From NCBI RefSeq assembly GCF_041956535.1, contig NW_027192230.1, forward strand, positions 1-35,866: a stretch of 35,866 nt of DNA, given 5' to 3'. The position numbers and the translations under genes were made by a program. The stretch comes from Calcarisporiella thermophila CBS 279.70 (lineage: Eukaryota > Fungi > Calcarisporiellomycota). Positions 11,377-21,898 of this stretch are shown here, piece after piece. Under the pieces are notes generated by a model. That model was not told the origin of the DNA, did not search any database, and worked only from the letters and a program-made list of their open reading frames with translations. Numbering within the stretch: the first letter of the stretch is position 1; each line of letters opens with the position of its first letter.

Positions 11377-12827
11377 GCTGCAGCATAGCTCCGCGCACGG
11401 CGTCTCTCGACTGGGAGACCGCCGTTGTCGTCTTCGCTTATTATGCCATCTCTAATCAGCTGATTTCCTGGACTTTTTGCGAATCTCTTCTACATGTATT
11501 GCACATGCATTTTGTCGCTCTTCACACAATGAAGCTTTTTGATATAGCCTGGACAAATAAAGATTCGGAAGAGTCCCTAACCTCGGCCGGAGCCTGCCTG
11601 TTGGATATGCACCCGCTGCGGCCACATTCTTGGCAGCCCCTGTGCGGGATCTCTTAAGCATCTCTGGAGCATTTGCCCGCTCTTCCTGCATAGCCCCTCC
11701 ACCTCCGCAGACTTCCCCGCCCTTCCACCGCAGGCGGCCAATCAGCGCGTTTGCCGCTACCTCCCGATCCTCTCCTTGCCAGTTACTTCTAAATTAATTG
11801 GAAACTCCGAACTCCCATACTCAACCTCGCCACCACTTTTCTCGCCTCATTCGTGGATCGCATTCATCGTGCTCTGCTCCCGCTAACAGTGCCGCCATCA
11901 TTCCTTTCTTTGATCATGCGATTTCCCGGGTACGCTTGGCCCAAGCAATGGGATCAATGCCTATAACACAGCCGTGGCAAGCTGTATTTTGCAGAGTATT
12001 TAATGCATGGAGGCTGAATTAATGTCCAACCATTGAAACCACCGATGAATGGCTCCATCCTATGTTTCCTTCGCTCTATATCTGCCAATACTTTTTTTTC
12101 TACTGAGAGAATCGGTGCTTGGTTTGGCCTGTATACCGTATGTAATGGATAACCCTTCGTGGTTGTGGCGAACTTCTGAAACCCATTCTTCAATTGATCG
12201 ATCTGCGCGCCATTATTGATATATTCTCGTAAGCAAAGTGCAATTCTCTAATGAGGAAACATTCTCAGGCTTTGCTTAAGTAGCTCCACTGCATATACTC
12301 ATATAAATATATTGATGGCTCCGTAATTCTCCAGGAATACTTGAACCATGATCTAATTAGCGCATAACGTCCACTTGGCGTATAATTGGTTCGACATTAC
12401 TTTTTGCAATCTTTTTTGGCTTAGTACGGGCTGGAAACAAGTATCTCTTTCAAATGCTTCGGTACGGCCTGCGGAGAGTGTGTTTTCGATGTAACTGGAT
12501 AGGTTGTGGCATAGGTATGGATCACTATTAGCATTGGAGCACGCACTTATCGTTGGTCCATTTTATTTATTTCGCAGATCGTAAGTTTTGGGAGTCTCGA
12601 CACCTCCGGCCATTTGGCGATTGCTTCGTGTAAGTTCGTTGGCTTGTGGAGTGCTATAATAACACTCTGATTCCAGTTGGCTATTTGTGTGTCTGTTTTC
12701 AGACCCTTGTAATGCTATCAATTAGACGATCGCTTTATTTGCCCGACAGTAAGGAACTGCGGAAAAATGTATTTATACTCGATTTTCAACTCGTGGATTT
12801 TTTTGCAACCTATTTTCACATGCTGCT

Positions 12828-13838
12828 ATGATTTGCCTAGTCATACCGACTTTACTGTTGATTGCGCTCCTCTTTGATGCCGCAAATGCTAGTGGCTATA
12901 TGGTGCAGAGTGCGATGGGAAACAGAGAAATGCTCTATCTTAATTGGGATGGCGATTTCGACGTGGTGGCCCCTGCTTCGGAGAGCGGCCTGCAGCACTG
13001 GTGGCGCCCTTACTCTAACCTGAGCAACCCGAATGCAGTGTCCTGGAGGGGCCCAAAGTATTTTGGGAAAAGCGATGGCAAATTCTTGGGGACAGTTTCT
13101 TTACTCGATATCGGATACGGACAACTCTTTTTGGTTGGCCGTGTGGGTTCTGAGCTGATACAATACTCATTCAGTGGCGGTCAATGGTACAAGCGAGCAA
13201 GAGTTATCTCTGGTGCTTCAGGGTCACCAGCCATGGTTAAAGGTAGGCTTGACCGCCCCCTCAAGCTTGTGGTTCCTCTCAGTACGGGTGGAATAGGCCA
13301 TTACAACCCCAAGTATTCGGAGGAGAAAAACTGGGATGGCCCTCTCGAGTTCGGCAAAAACCTTGGCAATATCGATGCAGTCACCCTCACCCTGATCAAC
13401 AATGGCACTCCGGGAGAACTGAAGGTGATCGCTCGTGTCGGGAACACACTCCACCAATTTTACTACGAAAAATCTCGTTGGTACTACGACGGATTAATTG
13501 CAACAGGGGTGCGGGGTCAACCATCTCTTATCCAGAGTAGTTTTGGGGGAGAAGTCAATTTGTTCGGCCCTCCTTCTATCCAAGGGAATTTTGAACTTAT
13601 TTCCCCTCTTCAAGATGGCGGACTTGGCCACTGGTATCGCGATAATAATTCTCCCTCCAGGCCTTGGCGAGGACCGAAGGTATTTGGCGACTCCCTAGTT
13701 TTCGATGATGTGGCTCTGGTTCAAAACTCCCAAAATCAAAATTTCCTCAATGTAGTTGCACGTTCCAAGGGCACTACCAAGGCTTATTATCGCAATGAGG
13801 CAGGTGTTTGGAACCCCATGCCTGCTCCTGCTCTCTAA
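12828..13838 (+). CDS. Secreted six-bladed beta-propeller, lectin-like protein, paralogue 1 (intronless)
   Basis: Signal peptide ending ANA-SG. Three A blades (V/I-x-P...GL/I-x-H...W-x-GP-x-x-FG) alternate with three B blades (ARVG/GRVG/ARSKG...W). No Cys in the mature chain. Fold and function are inferred from the repeats. Confidence 0.8.
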   Translation: MICLVIPTLLLIALLFDAANASGYMVQSAMGNREMLYLNWDGDFDVVAPASESGLQHWWRPYSNLSNPNAVSWRGPKYFGKSDGKFLGTVSLLDIGYGQLFLVGRVGSELIQYSFSGGQWYKRARVISGASGSPAMVKGRLDRPLKLVVPLSTGGIGHYNPKYSEEKNWDGPLEFGKNLGNIDAVTLTLINNGTPGELKVIARVGNTLHQFYYEKSRWYYDGLIATGVRGQPSLIQSSFGGEVNLFGPPSIQGNFELISPLQDGGLGHWYRDNNSPSRPWRGPKVFGDSLVFDDVALVQNSQNQNFLNVVARSKGTTKAYYRNEAGVWNPMPAPAL

Positions 13839-14445
13839 TGATATCCAAACCATCCAAAGTCGCTTACCTACTGCACCGGAGAACCCAATCTAAATTTTCT
13901 CTTTAAACTTTGATCTCAAAAATCATGCCTCTATCCAGTGTGATCATCTTTTCTAGGTACGCTAGGTACAGGAAATATTTAAATGTACCCATTGTCAATA
14001 TACAGTATGTTTGCTCAGATATGACGTTATCAGCCGTAGTTTGGCTAATTAAAGATTCCCGGATTCTGTACCAAAAGCATCACCAGCTCATTCATATCGA
14101 TATGAACTGGACTAATTGATAGGGGTATACAAGGATGCCGTGCGCGACTCTGTCGAACTGATGGCAGTCGTACGACAATTCATCTACCAGTGCACAATCA
14201 GTTTTGGAATTCCAACCTGAGTTTATATGCTCTCTAATGAAGCATTCATGGTGTTTTATTACCTAGAGTGCATCAATTTCAAAAAACACAAAATTTGACG
14301 CAGAATCAATAGGATTGAATTGTAGGTTTGTATTGTCTTCGAAATCGGAGCTCATAATATGAACTATTGTATATTATACAATCTTGAACCATGTTCCATA
14401 GGCACTCGAACCCTTGTCATATCAGAATTTTGGAGATCGCTCCGA

Positions 14446-14485
14446 ATTAGCCGATGGCAAATAAAGGTTAATTTTCACCTATAAA
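14446..14485 (+). promoter_or_regulatory. Conserved upstream motif plus TATA box of propeller paralogue 2
   Basis: ATTAGCCGATGGCAAATA followed by TATAAA (14480-14485); 17/18 match to the motif upstream of paralogue 3. Confidence 0.55.
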
Positions 14486-14536
14486 TTCCTCTTTCCGCTA
14501 TGGAATAGCTTGTGGCCTATTCTCGTAGACATCGTC

Positions 14537-15511
14537 ATGACTTACCCAATACTATCGATTTTAATTTTGATTGCGTCCCTTTTTACGGGAGCAAATTCCA
14601 GTGGCTACATGGTGCAGAGTAAGATGGTGAGCCGAGAAATCAGCTCCAGTAATATGCGGGGGGATCTTGATGTCGTCGCCCCCGCAACTGGGAGCGGCTT
14701 GCAGCACTGGTGGCGTCGTTCCGGCTCACCTCTCCAGCCTATCTCCTGGAACGGCCCGAACTACTTTGGGGAAAGCGTGGGCAAGTTTTCTGGGTCGGCC
14801 GCGCTCATTGAAAGCAAATATAATAATTTGGAGGTGGTTGCCCGTGTGGACAACCAATTGATGCATTTCTGGCGTGAACATGGTGAATGGCTCAAGGGTC
14901 CCAAGTTCGCCTCTGGGGCCTCTGGATCACCTGCCATGGTTCCAAACAAACCCGGGCGCGATTTTGAACTTGTCGTTCCTCTAAGCAGTGGAGGGATTGG
15001 CCATTATTATCGCAACGACCTGGCGGGCAACAAGTGGTTTGGCCCCGTCGTGTTCGGAAAAGACTTTGACTATGTCAATGCAGTCACGCTTATCAAGGTT
15101 AACGATAATACTCCGGGAGAACTTGAGGTTATCGCTCGGGTTGGGGACACTCTACATCATTTTTGGTACGAAGATGGTGGTTGGCACTATGACAAGCAGA
15201 TTGCAACTGGCGTACGGGGTCAGCCATCTCTCATCCAGAGTTCTATTGGAAGAGAAGGCAATTTTGAACTAGTTTCACCCCTTCAAGAAGGCGGGCTTGC
15301 CCACTGGTATCGTGATAATAAGGTCCCTTCCAAGCCCTGGCGAGGCCCCAATAAATTTGGTGACATGAGGCTGTATGACGACGTATCTCTGATCCAGCGC
15401 GCCGAGAATCCTAAGATCTTCAATGTGATTGCACGCTCCAAGGGAATCACCAAGGCTTTCTCTCGAAATGAGGAGCGCATCTGGGAACCTGAAACTGCTC
15501 CAAATCTTTAG
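14537..15511 (+). CDS. Secreted six-bladed beta-propeller, lectin-like protein, paralogue 2 (intronless)
   Basis: First ATG at 14537 (MTYPILSIL...ANS-SG). Shows the clearest repeats: LEVVARVDNQLMHFWR, FELVVPLSSGGIGHYYRND, LIQSSIGREGNFELVSPLQEGGLAHWYRDN. Cys-free. Confidence 0.82.
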   Translation: MTYPILSILILIASLFTGANSSGYMVQSKMVSREISSSNMRGDLDVVAPATGSGLQHWWRRSGSPLQPISWNGPNYFGESVGKFSGSAALIESKYNNLEVVARVDNQLMHFWREHGEWLKGPKFASGASGSPAMVPNKPGRDFELVVPLSSGGIGHYYRNDLAGNKWFGPVVFGKDFDYVNAVTLIKVNDNTPGELEVIARVGDTLHHFWYEDGGWHYDKQIATGVRGQPSLIQSSIGREGNFELVSPLQEGGLAHWYRDNKVPSKPWRGPNKFGDMRLYDDVSLIQRAENPKIFNVIARSKGITKAFSRNEERIWEPETAPNL

Positions 15512-16875
15512 CAATACCAGACCTGTTTGCACTTTGTCTGGCCATGTAATATAACTTATTGGTATTCTCGATGACTTGCCCATCAAACTAACAACGTCCT
15601 AAAACCAATAAATCCATAGGTAGATAGATACGCCTCAAAAAATCAGCCTCGTGTTTATCTTTATGCTTAGTTGAATCATGCATGCATTTAACGAGCACAA
15701 AATCAACCATTCATTAGTGACGACCGCTTCAGTGATTCCTAAGTAAAATTATTACAATGAATCCTCCTCCGAGAATGAAATTTTGCTCTTTTTATTCTTT
15801 TGTTTTATCAGTAAGATATAGCTAATTAAAGTAAGGTTAACTGATCGAGAGTATAAATTAAAGCTCAGCCAATGAGTTCTAAACCAAAAATAATTGGAAA
15901 CAGAGAGAAAATGACCCATACTAAGATTTATTGAAGGATAACTTAGTCGCCAGAAAATGTAGGCTAATTAGTGTAATTAAAAGTAAAAGATTGATCATTG
16001 CAAACCCCACCCTCATCAATAAATAAACGTAGCTCTCCAGGGTTAATTTTTATCTCTTTGTAAAGGGAAATAAATTATTAACTCAGGTTGCACTTCTTTA
16101 CCATCAGACTTGAATCATCACATTAAACTTAGAATTCCTCCTAATTCTGTTGTCGATGCTTCAAAGGCGAGATGTTTTGCTGCAACAATACCATCGAATT
16201 GACTGAAATTGTGAAGGCATATCTCGGCGCCTGTACTAAGATACGGCTCCTTTCAATGATTGTGAAACAAGCCACAAATTAAAGGAATATTGAGAGTTGG
16301 ATATGGACTCCGAATTCGGCAAAACCTCCAAGAATAGCAAGGCTCAAAAAAATATCTTTTGATGAATGGCTCTCTACCTATGTTATGCCTTCATATAGAA
16401 GTTTAAGATCTTTTAATAACTTAGGCTCTTGCATTTAAATATAAACATTCGAATTGAGCATATCTGGCGGGATCTGTTAATATACTCAATTGAGTGAATA
16501 TATGAAAGATTATCATATATGGTAAGGATTTTTTTTTTCTAATAATAAAAGGAAATTTCACTAGTATTTTCATGAAATAAAAGCCTAGTTTACATCCTGA
16601 AACTAAACAAAAGCATCAAATAATACCACGGTTATGTCTAAAATAAAGATCCATGTGTATTCAAAGTATGCGGAATTGAAGCAAAATATTCAAATCGCAT
16701 TTCATATATAGCCATTTGAAAATAATATTTTTCATTGTACTAATAGAAGGGTCGGATCGAAATATCTTTCCCGAGAACATAATCGAGATTTAAAATCCAA
16801 ACAAAAGATTGGGCTTGTTTTACAAAACTTACTTGTTTTGGACCCATGTAATTTCATCGATTAGGCGATCTTTAC

Positions 16876-16915
16876 ATTAGCCTATGGCAAATACTGGTAA
16901 GAATGCGTATATAAA
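16876..16915 (+). promoter_or_regulatory. Conserved upstream motif plus TATA box of propeller paralogue 3
   Basis: ATTAGCCTATGGCAAATA followed by TATATAAA (16908-16915); similar spacing to the ATG as in paralogue 2. Confidence 0.55.
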
Positions 16916-16964
16916 CACGGTCTTCAATTATTAGGTTTATGACTGACTATACTCACGAGCCATT

Positions 16965-17240
16965 ATGACTTACTCTATAATACCATTCCTATTTTTTACC
17001 TTGTACCTTTTCGTTGCCGTAAACTCAAGCGGTTACATGGCTCAGAGCGCCATGGGAAATAGAATGCAGCTCTATCTTAATTGGGGCGGTGATATTGATG
17101 TAGTTGCTCCCGCTCCGGACAGAGGCCTGCAACACTGGTGGCGTGTTTACTCCGACCTGAGAAATACAAGCTGGAATGGTCCAACCTATTTTGGAGAAAG
17201 CGATGGAAAATTCTTGGGGTCGGTTTCTTAGCTTGATCAC
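16965..17240 (+). pseudogene. Propeller paralogue 3, truncated after blade 1
   Basis: 88 aa closely similar to paralogue 1 (SGYMAQSAMGNR...GLQHWWR...GKFLGSVS). Premature TAG at 17229-17231 where the other copies continue. A LINE fragment follows, and the remaining ~250 codons are not recognisable downstream. Confidence 0.88.
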
Positions 17241-17244
17241 TATG

Positions 17245-18035
17245 TGTATGTATGACGCCCCAATCCTGGCCAGAGGTTGCATCCACGGCAAAGGAATGGG
17301 AAAAGGTCTGGACCTCCATTCTAAAACGGCCAACACTCCCAAAACACCGCACACTACGCTTGCAAATCCTCGTAGAGCGTGTAATTACAAACTCGACATT
17401 CCCTGGTCATGACCCGAAATGTACCCGCTGTAACGCTCCGAGGGACACCATCCGCCACACCTTCTTCGAATGTCCCGAACTCACATCAGTGTGGCATTGG
17501 ACGGAAAGGTGTATCAACACCATCTCAGGTCCCCTAAACACTCAGGTGCTGAGCCCCAGGAACCTCGTACTTGGCGACCTACCAGAAGCCCCAAGGACAG
17601 TAAGACACGCGGCTCAAATCGTCTTCGATTCGGTGCTATGGCAAATCCATCGGGACCGAATCGCCTACCATTTCGAATGCATTCGAGCATCACCCGAGAC
17701 AATCATCCTCCGTGCCAAAATGGACATCGAGGAGGCTATTGGAGCTGAACTGAAAAAGACGAGAGATGGAGTTATTCCGAAGGTGGTGCAGTCAGAGAGC
17801 GGTAATAGAAAGTTCGGATAGAGCAAGACTAAAACTGGAGTGACAAAGCAACCCTTCCTCTCTCCCAATCCGTTCTTTCCCTCCTCCCTCTTTACTTCAT
17901 ATCTTTCACCAAATACCCGATCACTATATACATCTAATTTACCCTTTATTCTCCCCTTTCTTATTTCATTTTAATCATTAAACTCTTGTAAGCTACGGAA
18001 ACTAATAAAAGTCTCCGTTGATTGATCAAAAAAAA
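17245..18035 (+). mobile_element. 5'-truncated non-LTR retrotransposon (L1/Tx1-like): ORF2 C-terminal zf-RVT region, 3' UTR, poly(A)
   Basis: ORF 17252-17821 has W..VW, CX2CX8HX4C (CTRC...HTFFEC..VW) and LWQIHRDR. Pyrimidine-rich 3' UTR, AATAAA at 18004-18009, A8 tail at 18028-18035. The 5' boundary is approximate. Confidence 0.88.
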
Positions 18036-18374
18036 GGGCTTTTATAACCTACTAGCTCTCTGATCCAAAATTACCGTCCAGGTACTGTGAATCAGTTAGA
18101 GAAAACGAACTGTTTCGCGTATACAATGGGCGGAATCAAATCTTGCACTGGATCGACGCATTCTATGGGGATAGTACAGGAATGAATTTACATAACAACG
18201 TAATGACCAAATACGGTATTAGACCGTGTCAAGTATCATATAAGCTTTGGACCCCTGCAATCCTAATCCAATCGATTGTCAATCGCGGAAGGCAAGATGA
18301 AATGGATGTAGAAAAGCGAATATAAAGTGACCCCCGTATACAGGATTTCCCACAATGTATCTTTATAGTTTGCG

Positions 18375-19385
18375 ATGGTCTCCTCAATAGCATCTCTGCT
18401 ACTTTTGTTCGCGACCCTTGTTACCACCTCTAATGCTAGTGGTTATATGGTGCAGAGCGCAATGGAAAACAGGCAAATACTGTTTCTTCATTGGGGTGGC
18501 GATATTGATGTAGTTGCACCGGCAACGGACTGTGGACTGCAGCACTGGTGGCATGTAAATAATAGTCCAAACACTGCTGCTTGGAATGGACCTCGATATT
18601 TTGGAAAAAGTGAGGGAAAATTCTCGGGATCTGTTTCTTTAGTTAATTCTGCCGCAGGAATATTGGACATGGTGGGCTGTGTGGGTTCTGAACTGGTCCA
18701 TTTCACATTCGAAGGCGGTCAATGGTCAATAGTCTCAAGGTTTGCCAATGACATCTCCGGATCACCGGCTATGGATGAAGGAATGTTAAATAGCGGCCAC
18801 AGGTACGATCTCGTAGTTCCCCTCAGCACGGGTGGAATAGGCCACTATTATTATGGTCCTTTAGAACATCCCAGATGGACAGGCCCCTCCGAGTTCGGCA
18901 AGTACCTCGGCAATGTCGATGCCGTCACTCTCGCTAAGAAAAATCAAGACAGTCCCCCACATCTCGAGGTTATCGCTCGAGTTGGAAGCATTCTTCACCA
19001 TTTTCAGTACGATAATACCAGTTGGAATTACCGTGGGATAATCGCAGCTGGTGTGCGCGGCCAACTTTCACTTATCCAGAGTTCTTCCGGTAGCGTAGGC
19101 AAACTTGAATTCGTTTCACCTCTTCAAGATGGCGGGTTAGGTTACTGGTATCTTGATGATAGTTCAATATTTAAAATCTGGCATGGGCCAAAGAGATTCG
19201 GCGACCCAATACTATTCGATGATGTATCTCTGATTCAGTTGACCGATACTCACGATGCAAATATGCCGCGATTTCCGGTAGTCAATGTTAATCTTTATAC
19301 GATTGCACGCTCCAAGAGTAGAACCAAAACCTACAGTCGGAGATATAATGGAGCATGGGTCTCCTGGAATGCTCCAGTTCTTTAA
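18375..19385 (+). CDS. Secreted six-bladed beta-propeller, lectin-like protein, paralogue 4 (intronless)
   Basis: Signal peptide ending SNA-SG; same (AB)x3 repeats; TATAAA at ~18321; several otherwise conserved residues are substituted. Confidence 0.8.
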   Translation: MVSSIASLLLLFATLVTTSNASGYMVQSAMENRQILFLHWGGDIDVVAPATDCGLQHWWHVNNSPNTAAWNGPRYFGKSEGKFSGSVSLVNSAAGILDMVGCVGSELVHFTFEGGQWSIVSRFANDISGSPAMDEGMLNSGHRYDLVVPLSTGGIGHYYYGPLEHPRWTGPSEFGKYLGNVDAVTLAKKNQDSPPHLEVIARVGSILHHFQYDNTSWNYRGIIAAGVRGQLSLIQSSSGSVGKLEFVSPLQDGGLGYWYLDDSSIFKIWHGPKRFGDPILFDDVSLIQLTDTHDANMPRFPVVNVNLYTIARSKSRTKTYSRRYNGAWVSWNAPVL

Positions 19386-19906
19386 CAAAGTTAAGTGTTT
19401 GAGATCTCGATCGCGCAATGTAAATAATTCCAAAGTAAATTTATTACTATCGGTCCACTGAGATTAGTGTTCATCTTAAATAAGAAAAGCCACTTAATGC
19501 CTTCGACGAGAAGTGACCTTTTACATATCAACCCTAGTCACCAGAGGAGTGCAAATAATATTTAATAAAAAGAAAATAGAATATCGAAAAATTTTACAAA
19601 GCTCATCTGGGTGGGCATGATGGGGGAGGAGTCAGAGTATATTACTATCTGATCGTTGAGATGGATTGCCAATGTTGAAGTAGATAAGGCCATGTGAGTT
19701 AGGGTGGCAAGAAAATTTTTGGCACCGATTGCAAAACAAAAAAGCTCAAATTTGACTGCAGCTATGAACTATATGGAAAACTGCATTACAGCAATCGTGC
19801 ACAGGAGACTTTGGTTGATTCTAATATGGAGGGGCAAAAATTCTATCCATAATAACCATAGTGATTTTTGCTCAAGTTGATCAGGTACTAATCGAAAATA
19901 AATCAA

Positions 19907-20746
19907 TTAGGGAAAATGACTCGCTGGGCTGGCGGTGAGAATACTACCGAGAACAAGACAAAGATCAGCTAGATATGCACTCTGGAGCGCAACACGTATC
20001 GGGATCTTGAGGAGCGATCCACCAAAATTTATCATGGAGTCATATAAGTCAGCTCCACAAAGCCCTCATTTCCTATCTGTACGGTGAACTTGGAAGAATA
20101 TACGATAAGAAGTCACGGCACGAAAATCTAATCGGCCATATTCAATTGTTAATGAGACGCGAGAATAAAATTTGTCAGTTGCTCCCAATGTATTAGTGCT
20201 TATATTACCTCGAATATACTCTTTTCCACAGCTCCTACGATATCCCCTGTTTGAATCCCCATGCAATTACGATATTCTACCAGGTAGCATTTCATTCTTT
20301 CGATGTAAACCATCACAGTTTTAGTTAACATACTATGTATTTCAGTATACTTCGATTTTGAAGTTAAAAGAGCGACATATGAGTTGGAGTGGGAATAGCT
20401 TGAAAAACGCTGGCAGACTTGTGTTTACGAGCGCGAGTTTGCCTTTTAGGGTCCATACTCCTTTTGAGCCACGAAAATCCGGAATGCCTATGTAACATAT
20501 AATCAGTATTAAGATATTAGCAGGGATACTTTGTTCTTCCTTTGGGTTACACTAGTGAAAAGACTGGCTTTCTACAACCATTTGATCTTTCTGCTGTTGT
20601 CGACACTCCTGCTCCCATATAATCAATTGCATGTTTATTCTTCCTGATCCAAGGTGCAAGAAGGTTTGCCTCCCGATCCACCTCTGCTTGTGATTCAAAT
20701 CTCTCGGTTTTCAAATGAATAAAATCCAAGCCACGTAATTTGCCAT
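19907..20746 (-). pseudogene. Sir2-family NAD-dependent deacylase (SIRT6/7-like, class IV) pseudogene with intron remnants
   Basis: Colinear minus-strand motifs: KHAIDYMGAGVST, GIPDFRGSKGVWTL, QAIPTPTHMSLF*LQNR, NCDGLHR, RIS*LHGDSN...CGKEYIR, DFRAV...HRTDRK*GLCG...DSMINFG, ADLCLVLGS. Multiple stops and frameshifts. Confidence 0.9.
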
Positions 20747-21898
20747 GCCAATTTTGATTTTAAACACCAATTTCCCGTGACCTATTAATATTTCTCTTGA
20801 TAGTGTCAAAAATCCTTTAAATCGTCGTTCCTTATAGCACAAGCATACATAAATACAGCCCCTAATTTGATCACACATACCTATCCAACCTAATCAACAT
20901 TTTTTGCATATAAGTAACTTATTCACCTGCACTTCGCCTTCCTCATTTTTACACTGTATGAATGTTTATTAATAGTATATTCAGATGTTAGAGCAGATAA
21001 AGCGTTGGTCAGAAAAATTAGAAACTGAATTGTGCGTGGATCTAGTAGTATTAAAATATTTCTGCCCACCAATACTGGGTGATGTTTACTGTGATCTCCA
21101 TGAATATTACAAACCCAAGATTCTCTAACTGATGCGTTTGACTGAACTTATCAGTACACAATAAATCCGGATATTTAACTATCTCTTCATTTTATTAAAC
21201 TGTGGCATTTTATTTTTAAAAGTGGCCTGGGTCTTAATTGAAGTAGAATTTATTCTGGCATTTTGAATTAAAATTCAGATTACTAAATCACAGTGCATAG
21301 TACATTTGCCTAGTAATTCTTGCTCGCTCTAAAGTTTTTTATACTAATATACAGCACATTGTACATCGCGAAACTCGATAAATCTTATAAGTTAAATATA
21401 CCGATTAAATTCATAATCTAGCCTTAAATGCGACGAAGTGATTTACTCACGAATAAACTAAAATGCCTAACCAATGAACTAATATCACATTACGATAGTC
21501 ACTTAGTATACTTTTATGTTTCACTTGGACCTTCTCTAGTCGCTAGCATAGGATATTCTGAAACAAAACATTAAATTATATTAAATTCATGGGGAGGTAT
21601 GCAAATAATATTACAATATATTTTGCATTTTATTGTCTTGCACTAGATTGTGTTTTTAAAGTGAATTATAAATTTTTTTACGCATTACCGAAATACTCAA
21701 GATATACTTAAGAATTTGAAAATTTTAAAACCTTTTGGAGCTATTGGGCGAGTTTATATGAAAAGAGACAGAACGTGTTTATACATTGCATATAATGAAA
21801 GGAGACACAAAATGGACAAAAGAATCAATTGAATAAGTCAAGGCGATGATAAATTATTTTTGAGATAAAGGATGGAGGTAAAACTAGGTTGAACTAAA

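Noticed and set aside
11397-11425. GC-rich hairpin just after the GST stop, resembling a bacterial terminator
   Set aside because: Bulged stem, no U-tract, and the gene carries a spliceosomal intron.
9459-11990. Two minus-strand ORFs sharing YSLPRLC
   Set aside because: Similarity is confined to ~20 nt and flanks do not align; probably chance.
12828-19385. Bacterial contamination or chimeric assembly as the source of the propeller genes
   Set aside because: They have TATA-like promoters, long AT-rich spacers and an embedded polyadenylated LINE, and are contiguous with intron-containing genes.
13224-19433. Many short antisense or alternative-frame ORFs overlapping the propeller genes and the LINE
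   Set aside because: Shadow ORFs of GC-rich coding sequence with no recognisable motifs.
19683-19712. TLTHMAL on the minus strand as a second sirtuin fragment
   Set aside because: No flanking sirtuin motifs; too short to support.
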